64,000 nucleotides of DNA from an uncultured Erysipelotrichaceae bacterium (lineage in GTDB: Bacteria; Bacillota_I; Bacilli_A; RFN20; CAG-826). The notes beneath the pieces were generated by a model. That model was not told the DNA's origin, searched no databases, and saw only the letters and a program-made list of their open reading frames with translations. The DNA is taken from NCBI GenBank assembly GCA_947166565.1, contig CAMVEL010000003.1, positions 15,277-79,276 on the forward strand, written 5' to 3'. Position 1 is the first letter of the stretch. Each line of letters opens with the position of its first letter. Shown piece by piece: positions 8,860-17,560 of the stretch. The position numbers and the translations under genes were made by a program.

Positions 8860-10110
8860 TCAATCGTTTTCGTCTTTCCTCGTCAGCAGGAAGATGGCTT
8901 TTTGGCGCTCAATCTCGTTTCTAAGTTCCGTCTCGTCCGGCATGTATGTTTTGTATTTCGCCGCGAAGATCTGCTCGTTTCCCTTAAGCACGCTATAACG
9001 GGCGATGTCCTCATCGGTCTCCGCGCACAAAAGGATTCCGAGCGTAGGATTGTCACCCGCGCCCTTGATCCTCTCGTCATACATGCGGACGTACATATCC
9101 ATCTGCCCGACGTCCTGGTGTTCGATCTTCTTGGCCTTGAGGTCGACGAGCACGAAACAGCGGAGGAAGTAATTGTAGAAAACGAGGTCGACGTAGTAGT
9201 CCTTCTTCTCCGTGTGGATCCTCTTTTGCCTTGCGACGAAGGCATAACCCTTCCCCATTTCGAGCAGGAACTGCGCCAAATGGTCGATGATGGCCTGCTC
9301 GAGTTCCGTCTCGTCGGGCCGTTCCGGATTCGGCAAACCGAGGAATTCCGCCACGAAAGGGTTCTTCACGTACTCAAGCGGATCCTTTGAGGGAGCGATT
9401 CCCTGGGGCAGCGCAGGCATGCTGCCACTTTGGGTGGAGAGCAGTCTTTCGTAGTATTGGCTATGGATCGCCCGCTGCAGGTCGCGGACGCTCCAGCCAG
9501 AGGCAAGCGCCTCCTTTTCGTAATAGGGCCTTGCCACATCGCTATCGACGCGGATCAATAAAGTATAATGAGACCATGAGAGGAAAGAATTTCCAGACGG
9601 CGTTTGGAAAATGTTAGGAAAAAGCCTATAGAAACGAACATAGGTATAAAGGCTGGATTTGTCGAATCCGCTTCCGAATCTTTCGGTCAAAAACGCCGAT
9701 AGCTTCTTGATAATCGACTTCCCGTAGTCGTTGGCTCTCGTCGAGAGGATCTCCTCGTCAATGCGCTTGCCGATTAGATGGTTTCGTCGCAATAGTGCGA
9801 TATTGATAGCACGCACTGCATCCTGCTTCGATGCCTCGACGATGGCGGAAACATCGGCGGAGACGTCCCCGGACTTGGACACCGAGAAAGCGGGAATAGC
9901 GTTCATCTGATTGCCGGCGACGATTTCCTCATAAAGCGCGTTGACCTTCGCCGCCGTTTCGTAATTGGGACCGAAATGTCCGTTCTCCAATCTGTTGACC
10001 GTGGAGAAGCTGACGCCCAGACGCTTTGCCATATCGGTTTGCGACAGTCCGAGCGCCATGCGGACCGCGATAAGTTTTTCTTTGAATTCCATGAAAGAAT
10101 TATATCGCAT
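8860..10110 (-). CDS. XRE-type HTH fused to a DUF1016 (YhcG-like) PD-(D/E)xK nuclease
   Basis: 416-aa ORF. The N-terminal LGLSQTDMAKRLGVSFSTVNRLENG is an XRE HTH. The middle SWSHYTLLIRV...ARPYYEKEA is the YhcG N-domain. The C-terminal region YYVDLVFYNYFLRCFVLVDLKAKKI carries the nuclease core. The start may be the internal Met at 10092. Confidence 0.8.
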   Translation of the reverse strand: MRYNSFMEFKEKLIAVRMALGLSQTDMAKRLGVSFSTVNRLENGHFGPNYETAAKVNALYEEIVAGNQMNAIPAFSVSKSGDVSADVSAIVEASKQDAVRAINIALLRRNHLIGKRIDEEILSTRANDYGKSIIKKLSAFLTERFGSGFDKSSLYTYVRFYRLFPNIFQTPSGNSFLSWSHYTLLIRVDSDVARPYYEKEALASGWSVRDLQRAIHSQYYERLLSTQSGSMPALPQGIAPSKDPLEYVKNPFVAEFLGLPNPERPDETELEQAIIDHLAQFLLEMGKGYAFVARQKRIHTEKKDYYVDLVFYNYFLRCFVLVDLKAKKIEHQDVGQMDMYVRMYDERIKGAGDNPTLGILLCAETDEDIARYSVLKGNEQIFAAKYKTYMPDETELRNEIERQKAIFLLTRKDEND

Positions 10111-10406
10111 TAATGCTATATAAACAAGGGGGGCCGGTGCAAAATTGCATCACGTGGTTCCAACGTGTCTACTTATGTCGTTATGTATCCAGTGCATGCG
10201 TCAAATTTTCCCCGCACTGCTTCATTTGCGTGGAACGTCCCGGGCGAAATAACGTCGGAGCACTACATAGTCATCGTGCTTCCGAACTGCATTGGTGGCT
10301 TTGTAATTCTCAACCACCAACCTCGTTTTTCTCCGAAAAGGTGGTATGAGGATGGTATGGAGAAATGCATACCATTCCGGATTTAATAGACGCGATCGGG
10401 CGAATT

Positions 10407-10431
10407 TGGAGCGCAGGAATCACGAAGCGGG
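10407..10431 (+). repeat. possible degenerate cassette-boundary core (TGGAGCGC-aggaatca-CGAAGCGGG)
   Basis: Same orientation, preceded by CGCGATCGGGCGAATT. It resembles the core with an 8-nt insertion and one substitution. It lies in a 670-bp stretch with no convincing ORF. Confidence 0.3.
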
Positions 10432-10702
10432 CATTTCTTCATCGTTTATTATTGGCCCTTCATCATTGTTTTTATTTGAAAAGGGCCTTTTTCATTGTAT
10501 TGCGCCACCGCTATTCGTCGTTTGTAATTGGCCCTGAAGATATTATTTTGCGCTCTTCTCGGACCCTTTGAAACGCGGCGTATGCGCGAAAGGAAAACTC
10601 CTTCCATTCGGCCGAAGACCCTACAAGTCCGCTTCCAGGATCGTTCCAATTCAGGCTTATGACAAATGGGGTTGTAATCCATCACGATTGCAAAGAACCC
10701 CT

Positions 10703-10732
10703 AAAACATAAAACCATCGCGACGAGGCGATG
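10703..10732 (-). terminator. rho-independent terminator of the RiPP/two-component operon
   Basis: The reverse strand reads CATCGC-ctcgtc-GCGATG followed by GTTTTATGTTTT, about 55 nt after the stop at 10787. Confidence 0.6.
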
Positions 10733-10786
10733 ACTTTATTGTTAAGGGTTCTTTATAAAATAAGAGATACGTGTATTTGATTTTGG

Positions 10787-11242
10787 CTAGAATTTCTTCT
10801 TGAGGGTGAGGATGTTCATGTCCTCTTTTCTTTCATATGAGCATTCATCCATGATCTTCTTGACGATATGGATGCCTAAGCCCCCGATTCTATTTAAGGT
10901 CTCCGCGGTCCCGATGTCGGGGTTCTCGACGTCTAACTGATTGAAGGGTTTGGCCTTATCGATGACGACGATCGTGAAATCACGGGTTTCCCCGTCGAAT
11001 AGAAGGCGTAACCTAATGACCCCCTCATTATCTTCATAACCGTATTTGATGATATTGGAGATTAATTCATCCCCAACGATCACGAGTTTGGTGGAGAAAT
11101 CCATGGGTAAACCATGCTCATCGGAGAAATCGCCGATCATCCCAAGCATCTTGGGGACGTTTTCCTTCTTGGCTTCGAAGTCCTTCTCCAAGCAATGCAA
11201 GCTATCCGTAAGAGGATTAAGAGGTTCGTTGTTGTTTTCCAT
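10787..11242 (-). CDS. anti-sigma-factor-type serine kinase (SpoIIAB/RsbW-like HATPase_c protein)
   Basis: 151-aa ORF of typical size. It has the N-box (ELISNIIKYG) and G-boxes (IGGLGIHIVKKIMD) of GHKL partner-switching kinases. It sits directly downstream of a STAS gene. Confidence 0.7.
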   Translation of the reverse strand: MENNNEPLNPLTDSLHCLEKDFEAKKENVPKMLGMIGDFSDEHGLPMDFSTKLVIVGDELISNIIKYGYEDNEGVIRLRLLFDGETRDFTIVVIDKAKPFNQLDVENPDIGTAETLNRIGGLGIHIVKKIMDECSYERKEDMNILTLKKKF

Positions 11243-11262
11243 GCTATCTCCCCTACTTATCC

Positions 11263-11559
11263 TTATGAAAGCTTCTCGACGTTCATGAGATCGGTAAAGC
11301 CAACCATATCGAAGACCTCATAGACCGCCTCCTGGGCCTTGATGATCCTCGTATCATCATATAATTTCTTTAACCTAACGACGATTCTTAGACCCGCGGA
11401 GGAGATATAACGGAGTTTCTCCATATCCAAAACGACTCTCTCGATTTCCTTCCCTTCGAGGATGGAATCGATTTCCTTCTCGATTTCTTCCGCGTTATAG
11501 GAATTGAGTTCCCCTTCAAGGAAGAGAGTGAGGGTCTTTTCTTCTAGGTTAAAGTTCAT
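11263..11559 (-). CDS. STAS-domain anti-sigma-factor antagonist (SpoIIAA/RsbV-like)
   Basis: The frame contains LDMEKLRYISSAGLRIVVRL, the STAS phospho-Ser loop region. The start was trimmed to the ATG at 11559, which is preceded by GGAG. The track ORF extends to 11616. Confidence 0.75.
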   Translation of the reverse strand: MNFNLEEKTLTLFLEGELNSYNAEEIEKEIDSILEGKEIERVVLDMEKLRYISSAGLRIVVRLKKLYDDTRIIKAQEAVYEVFDMVGFTDLMNVEKLS

Positions 11560-11659
11560 GTTGGGACTCCGACTATAGATTATCGTCAAGGGAGAGGAAG
11601 GCTCACTTAAAAACAATCTCTAGGTTCTTGATGATATAAATATAACTCAACCAATGATT

Positions 11660-13054
11660 TTAATCGATATCCAAAGGATTGGTTAGTTGCCAAGGGAGGG
11701 TATCCTTGACCTTCTCGTAATAACCGTTTTCAAAGAAATAGCATTTGGTGATGTCTTCGTGGAAGAAATCGATATCCTTGGAATAAAGAAGCCCAAGGGC
11801 AGGGCAGCCACCCGTGCAGGCCTTGTAATATTTGCAGTTCGCGCATTTATCGTTACGGAGGATCTGGGTGAGGATCGGGGCGGTTGCCAAATTGACGTAT
11901 TCGCTATTTTGGACGAGTTCCTTCAAAGGGGTCTTAAGGCAATTGCCCAAACTGATGCCCTTTTCAAGGAAATAGCCTGACATCTGTAAACAGGGGACGA
12001 CTTCGCCATGGCTTGAGACGGCGATCATGCCCCTATTCCCCTTGCACATTGGGATGCGGATATTGAATTCGTCCTTGCTGCAGGCAATGGGAACCAATTG
12101 GTATGTTTGGTAACCCGGATTGATACGGAGGAACTGCCAGATATCGATATCCATCTCCATCCCGCTTTCCATATATTCCTTCGCGAATAGCAGCATGTTG
12201 TCGTAATATTCTTGGATGGTAAGGCTAGACTGAGGGGAATTCTTCTCCCATCTAGGGGCTTCGGTCGTGCGGATGATGCGCATCTCGTCGACGCCCATCC
12301 CGTTAAGGAGCTTCGCGGTCTCCATCATGGAGGAGAGGTTCTTCCTGTTGACCTGGGTTTGGGCTTTGACCCTAAAGCCATTATCCTTGCATAGCTTAAA
12401 GGCCTTGATGGTCATTTCCTCGGCCTTAGGATGTTGACGGATCCAGTTATGGTAGCCGATGCCATCGAAGGAGATCTTGATAAGGGGAGAGCAGCCGATC
12501 TTCTTGAATTCGTCCAGCATCCCTTGGGTAAGCAGCAGGCCATTGGTATTGAGCTCAAAGACCATCATGTCGCGTTTATAGATTTCCCTGACGATATCAA
12601 GGAAGCGACGGTGGACGAGAGGCTCTCCTCCCGTAATAGTGAAACCATGGACCCCGATCTCATTGGCCTGGTCCAAGATGGAGATGACATCCTCGAAGGA
12701 AAGCTCCGTATTCAAGGGGGCGTTATCCTTCGCGTTGAAGCAATGGAGGCAATTGAGGTTGCATTTCCCGGTGATCATGAGATTCATCCTTGGGAAATAG
12801 AGGTTATCGTATTCCTTTAGCCTAGACCATTCCCTAGGGGAATCGCCCTGCTTGCATTCTTTGATGAGCCTTCGTTCAAGAAGATGCTCGATGACGGGGG
12901 TCTTCTCCAAATCGTGGTTCCCATCGCAAAGAAGGAGGGTTTCGAATTCCTCCTTATCCGCGCCGGAAGCAACATCGGAATACTTATAGTAAATCGCCCT
13001 ATCAACATAACGCCATCTACGTAAGGCGATGTTGTTAGAAAGAGTATAAAACAT
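11660..13054 (-). CDS. radical SAM / SPASM-domain peptide maturase
   Basis: 464-aa ORF. The CNLNCLHC motif (CxxxCxxC) lies about residue 98. C-terminal Cys-rich SPASM signature CANCKYYKACTGGCP, with further auxiliary-cluster Cys upstream (PMCKGNRG, VVPCLQMSG). An N-terminal ~90 aa before the SAM cluster could be a peptide-recognition (RRE-like) domain. Confidence 0.85.
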   Translation of the reverse strand: MFYTLSNNIALRRWRYVDRAIYYKYSDVASGADKEEFETLLLCDGNHDLEKTPVIEHLLERRLIKECKQGDSPREWSRLKEYDNLYFPRMNLMITGKCNLNCLHCFNAKDNAPLNTELSFEDVISILDQANEIGVHGFTITGGEPLVHRRFLDIVREIYKRDMMVFELNTNGLLLTQGMLDEFKKIGCSPLIKISFDGIGYHNWIRQHPKAEEMTIKAFKLCKDNGFRVKAQTQVNRKNLSSMMETAKLLNGMGVDEMRIIRTTEAPRWEKNSPQSSLTIQEYYDNMLLFAKEYMESGMEMDIDIWQFLRINPGYQTYQLVPIACSKDEFNIRIPMCKGNRGMIAVSSHGEVVPCLQMSGYFLEKGISLGNCLKTPLKELVQNSEYVNLATAPILTQILRNDKCANCKYYKACTGGCPALGLLYSKDIDFFHEDITKCYFFENGYYEKVKDTLPWQLTNPLDID

Positions 13055-13072
13055 CGTTTGACCCTTCTTTAA

Positions 13073-13279
13073 TCAGGAGTCGAATTTCCTCTTTTTCTTG
13101 GTATCTTTATCGTTTTCTTCGTCAGAGGTGCAGGCCCCACCGTTGACCGCGGTGAGTTGTTCATCGTTAAGCTCAACGCCTTCGTCTTTGGCGAGTTGGA
13201 GCAAATCGTGGATGTCATCGCAAGCCCTGACCTTCTTGATTTGGTCTTCCGTTAAACCTTTAAGTAATTCTTTTCTCAT
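13073..13279 (-). CDS. RiPP precursor peptide: Nif11-like leader ending in GG, plus a 20-aa charged core with one Cys
   Basis: The 68-aa sequence is MRKELLKGLTEDQIKKVRACDDIHDLLQLAKDEGVELNDEQLTAVNGG|ACTSDEENDKDTKKKRKFDS. AGGAG lies 7 nt upstream of the ATG. The stop is 18 nt from the rSAM start. The leader resembles Nif11/double-glycine leaders. Confidence 0.6.
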   Translation of the reverse strand: MRKELLKGLTEDQIKKVRACDDIHDLLQLAKDEGVELNDEQLTAVNGGACTSDEENDKDTKKKRKFDS

Positions 13280-13300
13280 GCTTCTACTCCTATGGTTGTC

Positions 13301-13338
13301 ATTATACTATCATCCCATCTGTCACAAAATCGCCACAG
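13301..13338 (-). promoter_or_regulatory. candidate promoter and operator dedicated to the precursor gene
   Basis: The reverse strand has TATAAT (13306-13301) preceded by a TTTGTG -35-like box. This box overlaps the imperfect palindrome CTGTGGC-gatttt-GTGACAG (13338-13319). The site lies in the 66-nt gap between the HipA-like gene and the precursor. Confidence 0.35.
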
Positions 13339-13345
13339 ATAATAA

Positions 13346-14548
13346 TTATTTGTTTTGGTTTTTGTTCGCTAAGGAATCTATGGCCTCCTTTTGGTTTCTA
13401 TAAACCTCGATTATGTTATCGATAAGCTTAGGCGTATAGAAACTGCTCTTGGAGAGGTATTCGCGGATTTCATCCTCGAATCCCTCAAGTTTGGAGGGAT
13501 CATACCACGAAAGGTCCCAATTCGGATCGAGGTAGCCATAAAGGAAATAAACAATTAGGTAGGTCCCCTGATTTAGATTTGAGAGGACTTTTTGGCCATC
13601 CATCGTCCCTCCGAAAGACCCTGCCAAATCATAAAAGGGGGCCGGATGGATCTCCTTGGTTATGAGGTTTCTGATGATCCCGATGTTATCGAAGTGGAAA
13701 TCGGGGACAAAACAAAGGGCCCTCAAGCAGGAAAGCTTGACGAAGAATTCATAGAGGTCGCCCATGCCGGAACGGTTGATCTCCTCGAAGAATTCCCTCC
13801 CAAACCGCTTATTCATGTTCTTGTTGCGGTAAAGCTGATACAAGCTCCGTGGAAGCATCGCGGAAAGATGGACCAAGTCCTCGTCCTTCTTGATCATCGG
13901 TTTGGAGACGGACGCGTATCCCCCATTCCATTCCCTAAGTTCATATTCGAGGACCTCGTTTTCCTTGAATAGCCTTTTGGCTAGCCTTGAGGTCAATACC
14001 TCCCCTAGGGATTCCTCGCAATGTCCTGCTTGGATGCCAAGTTTATATAGCCTAGGCCCGTCTTCCTCGCTTATCCATCCCTTGACAGCCCAACCTTGGG
14101 TTAAGGTATCCGGGACATCGAGGTTTACGTTCCTTAGGGCTTCGAAATCATCGTTAAGGAGAGCCCTCGCGAAGCTATCATCCCAACGGTTATCGAAGAA
14201 ATTGATGTCCTCGTATTTGAGGTTCTCATCCTCTTTCTTGAACCAATAATGATTGGATAAGGAGAGGCCATGGCCTTTGAAGACCAATTCAAAGGAATCG
14301 CGGCAACCAGTCGCTTCCATAATCTTATGATAGCCATGGCGCGCAACAGGGATCACGCGACGGGCAAAAAAGGTATAGAGGGTCCCATCCAGATTGGCGT
14401 TTTCCTTGGTAAGTTGATATGGGGCCATCTCGAATTGCTCCCTCTTCTCGATGACTTCTATTCCATTTGGGTCGAAGGAGACCGAAAAGAGGAGGACCTC
14501 ATAATCCTCGAACATCAGGATATAACGTTTTTCTTTGGTTTTGTTCAT
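13346..14548 (-). CDS. HipA-family Ser/Thr kinase-like protein
   Basis: The catalytic-loop-like motif is VPDFHFDNIGII and the downstream motif is APFYDLAGSFGG. Compare HipA D-x-H-x-x-N and aP.YDl. The start was set at the ATG at 14548, because the track ORF starts at a TTG at 14602. Confidence 0.65.
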   Translation of the reverse strand: MNKTKEKRYILMFEDYEVLLFSVSFDPNGIEVIEKREQFEMAPYQLTKENANLDGTLYTFFARRVIPVARHGYHKIMEATGCRDSFELVFKGHGLSLSNHYWFKKEDENLKYEDINFFDNRWDDSFARALLNDDFEALRNVNLDVPDTLTQGWAVKGWISEEDGPRLYKLGIQAGHCEESLGEVLTSRLAKRLFKENEVLEYELREWNGGYASVSKPMIKKDEDLVHLSAMLPRSLYQLYRNKNMNKRFGREFFEEINRSGMGDLYEFFVKLSCLRALCFVPDFHFDNIGIIRNLITKEIHPAPFYDLAGSFGGTMDGQKVLSNLNQGTYLIVYFLYGYLDPNWDLSWYDPSKLEGFEDEIREYLSKSSFYTPKLIDNIIEVYRNQKEAIDSLANKNQNK

Positions 14549-14614
14549 AATGCCCGCTAAGTTTAGGTTAGGGCCAGCCACAAAGGTGTCACAAAAAAAC
14601 AAAGAATAAGAATA

Positions 14615-15373
14615 TTATTCCGCGTGGAAGAAGGCCCAATCGTATTGGATCATGTATTCGCCGCGATACATCCTCACCGCATTGGGGTTATCCTTCTTAT
14701 ATTCATAGGCATCGCAATCGACCTTGGTGACATCGATATAGCATTCGTTATGGCGCTTGATGAAGACGTCGGATGCCCCGACTTTCTTCAAGGTGCTTTG
14801 GATATCGGCGATGAGGTTCCTTAGGTATGATTGATGGTCCTCTTCCCAAAGGATCGCGTTAAGCTCATTGACGGAGATCGCAGAACCCTCCCTATCGACG
14901 AGATAGGCGAAGGCTTCCTTCGATTTCTTATAGGAGAACCTTAAGGGCTCGCCGTCGCAGAAGACCTCGAAATTCCCAAAGCATTTGATTTGGATGCGTT
15001 TCTCCTTGCCTAATTCTATGGGGTTGCGGAGGTTTTCCATCTCCTCGATGATGTTTTCTTTGCTAACCGGCTTGGTGATATATCCGGAAGCGTGGATCCT
15101 ATGGGCCTCAAGCGCGTATTGGTCATAGGCGGTGACGAAGATGATGTTGATAAGGGGGTAGAGCTCCTTCAAACGCTTGGCGAGTTGGATGCCGTTGATC
15201 TCCGGCATCTCGATATCGAGGAAGGCGAGCTCGAACTGAACGGTCTTGGCTTTCTTATAGGCATCAAGGGGATTGCCAAAGGCATATAGCTCCCCTCCTT
15301 TGATGACCTCATTGACCTCTTTTTCGAGTCTCATCAACTGCAAAGGCTCATCGTCAACTAACAAAATGTTCAT
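14615..15373 (-). CDS. response regulator: receiver domain plus SARP/BTAD-like winged-helix output
   Basis: The N-terminus is ILLVDDEP...LAFLDIEMPEINGI...IIFVTAY (REC). The C-terminal half is KCFGNFEVFCDGEPLRF..SKEAFAYLVDREG.AISVNELNAILWEE, a SARP-type DNA-binding pattern. Confidence 0.75.
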   Translation of the reverse strand: MNILLVDDEPLQLMRLEKEVNEVIKGGELYAFGNPLDAYKKAKTVQFELAFLDIEMPEINGIQLAKRLKELYPLINIIFVTAYDQYALEAHRIHASGYITKPVSKENIIEEMENLRNPIELGKEKRIQIKCFGNFEVFCDGEPLRFSYKKSKEAFAYLVDREGSAISVNELNAILWEEDHQSYLRNLIADIQSTLKKVGASDVFIKRHNECYIDVTKVDCDAYEYKKDNPNAVRMYRGEYMIQYDWAFFHAE

Positions 15374-15375
15374 AT

Positions 15376-16647
15376 TTATCTCCCTTTCTTCGGAAATGTG
15401 GCCACCGCCTTCGCCCCCTTATTTGGTTCGCTTTCCATATGGAGAGAGCCACCTGACATCTTGGCAATACGATATGCGATGTTGTTGAGCCCGAAATGCT
15501 TATTGGAGGCAAAATCGACTCCATCCTTATCAAAGCCGATGCCATTATCCTCTATTTTGACGATATAGGCATCATCGTCTTCGTAGGTCGATATCTTGAC
15601 GGTACCCCCTTCCATCTTCTTGAGGATGCCGTGCTTGATCGCGTTTTCCACTAAGGGTTGGACGCTTAATGGGGGAAGGTAGAAATCGGTGACGTCGAGG
15701 TCGTAGATGACGTTTATCCTATCGGGGAAACGCAATTCCTCCAAGGCGATGAAGGTCTTGATATGGCGGAGTTCATCCTCAAAGGGGATGAGGTGGCTTT
15801 CGGTCAAGGTCGAGAGGTTTATCCTTAGGTAAGCGGTGAAATCATCGAGGGCCTTCTGGGCTTTCTCGGGGTCAAGGGGGATGAGGGTGGAGATCGCCGA
15901 TAATGAGTTATAGACGAAATGGGGCTGGATCTGCGAGAGCATGACCCTGATTTGGGCCTCTTTGGCTTTCTCTTCCTCTTTTGCCAATTTGACGTTTTTC
16001 TCGACGTTAAGGAAGAAGAACAATACCTCGATCGCGACGATTATCGAGACATAGGCGATCGCATAGCCTTTGAAGAAATTCTGGAAGATGATCGCGATAA
16101 GGGGAAGGACGCAATAGGTCGCGAAGGCCGCCTTCTCGCGGATTTGCAGCTGTTTATGGGTGATCGCGGTAAAGAAGACGATCGCCAGCATCAAGAACTG
16201 ATAACCTTGGCTAAGGAACATCGTTTTCTCACGTATGTATTCCCCGTTTTCCGCGTGGAAGAACATCGGGACGAAGATATTGAGGATATCGAGGATCGCG
16301 AATATCGCGAAGGCGGCGATGTTGGTTATGTTTAGGGCCTTCTGCGTCTTTTCCTTTAATTCCACGTAATTCCTCATATAAACGTAGAGGAAAAAGACCT
16401 CAAGGTTATTCGCGATATAGAAGGATGTGTAGAAGGCCATTATGAGGGCGTTGCTCGTATGGTTGGCCTTAATGAAGGTAAAGGTGAAATAGGCCGCGAA
16501 ATGGAAGGCGGTGAAAGCCAGGAATATCAAAAGGGAGCCCTCATCGTGCCTTCTGTTCTTCTTTATCGATAGGCTAACGATATGGACAGTGAGGATAACG
16601 AATCCGATCAGGCAGACCGCTGCATTGAAAACGGCGTTGTTGCTCAT
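15376..16647 (-). CDS. membrane sensor histidine kinase, LytS/YehU type (His_kinase PF06580-like plus HATPase)
   Basis: 423-aa ORF with about six N-terminal TM helices. The QIQPHFVYNSLSAI H-box is characteristic of the LytS family. The ATPase motifs are ENAIKHG, DNGIGF and GLNNI. There is a 2-nt gap to the response-regulator gene. Confidence 0.8.
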   Translation of the reverse strand: MSNNAVFNAAVCLIGFVILTVHIVSLSIKKNRRHDEGSLLIFLAFTAFHFAAYFTFTFIKANHTSNALIMAFYTSFYIANNLEVFFLYVYMRNYVELKEKTQKALNITNIAAFAIFAILDILNIFVPMFFHAENGEYIREKTMFLSQGYQFLMLAIVFFTAITHKQLQIREKAAFATYCVLPLIAIIFQNFFKGYAIAYVSIIVAIEVLFFFLNVEKNVKLAKEEEKAKEAQIRVMLSQIQPHFVYNSLSAISTLIPLDPEKAQKALDDFTAYLRINLSTLTESHLIPFEDELRHIKTFIALEELRFPDRINVIYDLDVTDFYLPPLSVQPLVENAIKHGILKKMEGGTVKISTYEDDDAYIVKIEDNGIGFDKDGVDFASNKHFGLNNIAYRIAKMSGGSLHMESEPNKGAKAVATFPKKGR

Positions 16648-16814
16648 GGGTTAATCATCCTACAAATGGAGGTTAATTTCTATCTTAGGATAGGGTTAAA
16701 CGAAAACTCCGGTAGGAATTCGCTTCTTTTCCTGTGGCAAATTTGTGACACGCCTAACATATAATGTGCCTCGTTAGTTTTAATAGAAGCTAAAAAATAT
16801 AAAAAGGAGAACGC

Positions 16815-17471
16815 ATGAAATCCAAATCCATAATCATATCCATGGTGCTAGGCCTAAGTGCCGGCAGCGCCATATTCGCGAACCATTTCCTCAATAACGG
16901 TGGCACGCCCAGCACAATTGTTGCTGAGGGTGAAGTAATTGCTAACCATTCGGTGGAACTCACTGCTTTCCCCTATACCCAAGTAGTCCGTGAAAGTGAC
17001 GGGGATTGGTCAGCACAATATCTCCCCTTCCATTTGACAGACCCCAATAATTACGCCTGCATAATGCAGGATTTCGGTAGACTTAGAAGCCAAATAAACG
17101 CCAACGGCCATCTATTTGTCGGCACATACGGCCTGTGTAACAGTTTCAATATCCGCGTTGATCCTCTTTCCAATGGCCGTCGCATATTCGAAAACGAGGA
17201 GGAATTCGCTAAAAATAACCCTATCAACGTTCTTGGCTTCAAGGATTTGAAGGGGGTTGATTTCTATATGGGCGAAGGAAACGAGGCAACTCTCAAAGTA
17301 AGTAAATACGACCTCGACATAGTCGATTTATCTTATAATCCGGAGACCAAAGTCAATTCCTTTAGGATTACTGACTCTTCAAGATTTGTTGAATTCGGAT
17401 TCGAATATGAAGGGGCGACAGACGGCCAAAAGCTTGTAATCGATAAGGTTGTCCTCTATTACAACTGCTAA
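16815..17471 (+). CDS. secreted hypothetical protein (N-terminal signal/anchor helix)
   Basis: 218-aa ORF with AAGGAG upstream and a hydrophobic N-terminus (IIISMVLGLSAGSAIFA). No motif recognised. Confidence 0.5.
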   Translation: MKSKSIIISMVLGLSAGSAIFANHFLNNGGTPSTIVAEGEVIANHSVELTAFPYTQVVRESDGDWSAQYLPFHLTDPNNYACIMQDFGRLRSQINANGHLFVGTYGLCNSFNIRVDPLSNGRRIFENEEEFAKNNPINVLGFKDLKGVDFYMGEGNEATLKVSKYDLDIVDLSYNPETKVNSFRITDSSRFVEFGFEYEGATDGQKLVIDKVVLYYNC

Positions 17472-17560
17472 AAAAGCAGGGACATGTGTCGATTTTGCTA
17501 TACATATCCTGATTTAATAGTAATATTTGCCATATAACTCATAAGAAAGGAGTTAAAAAT

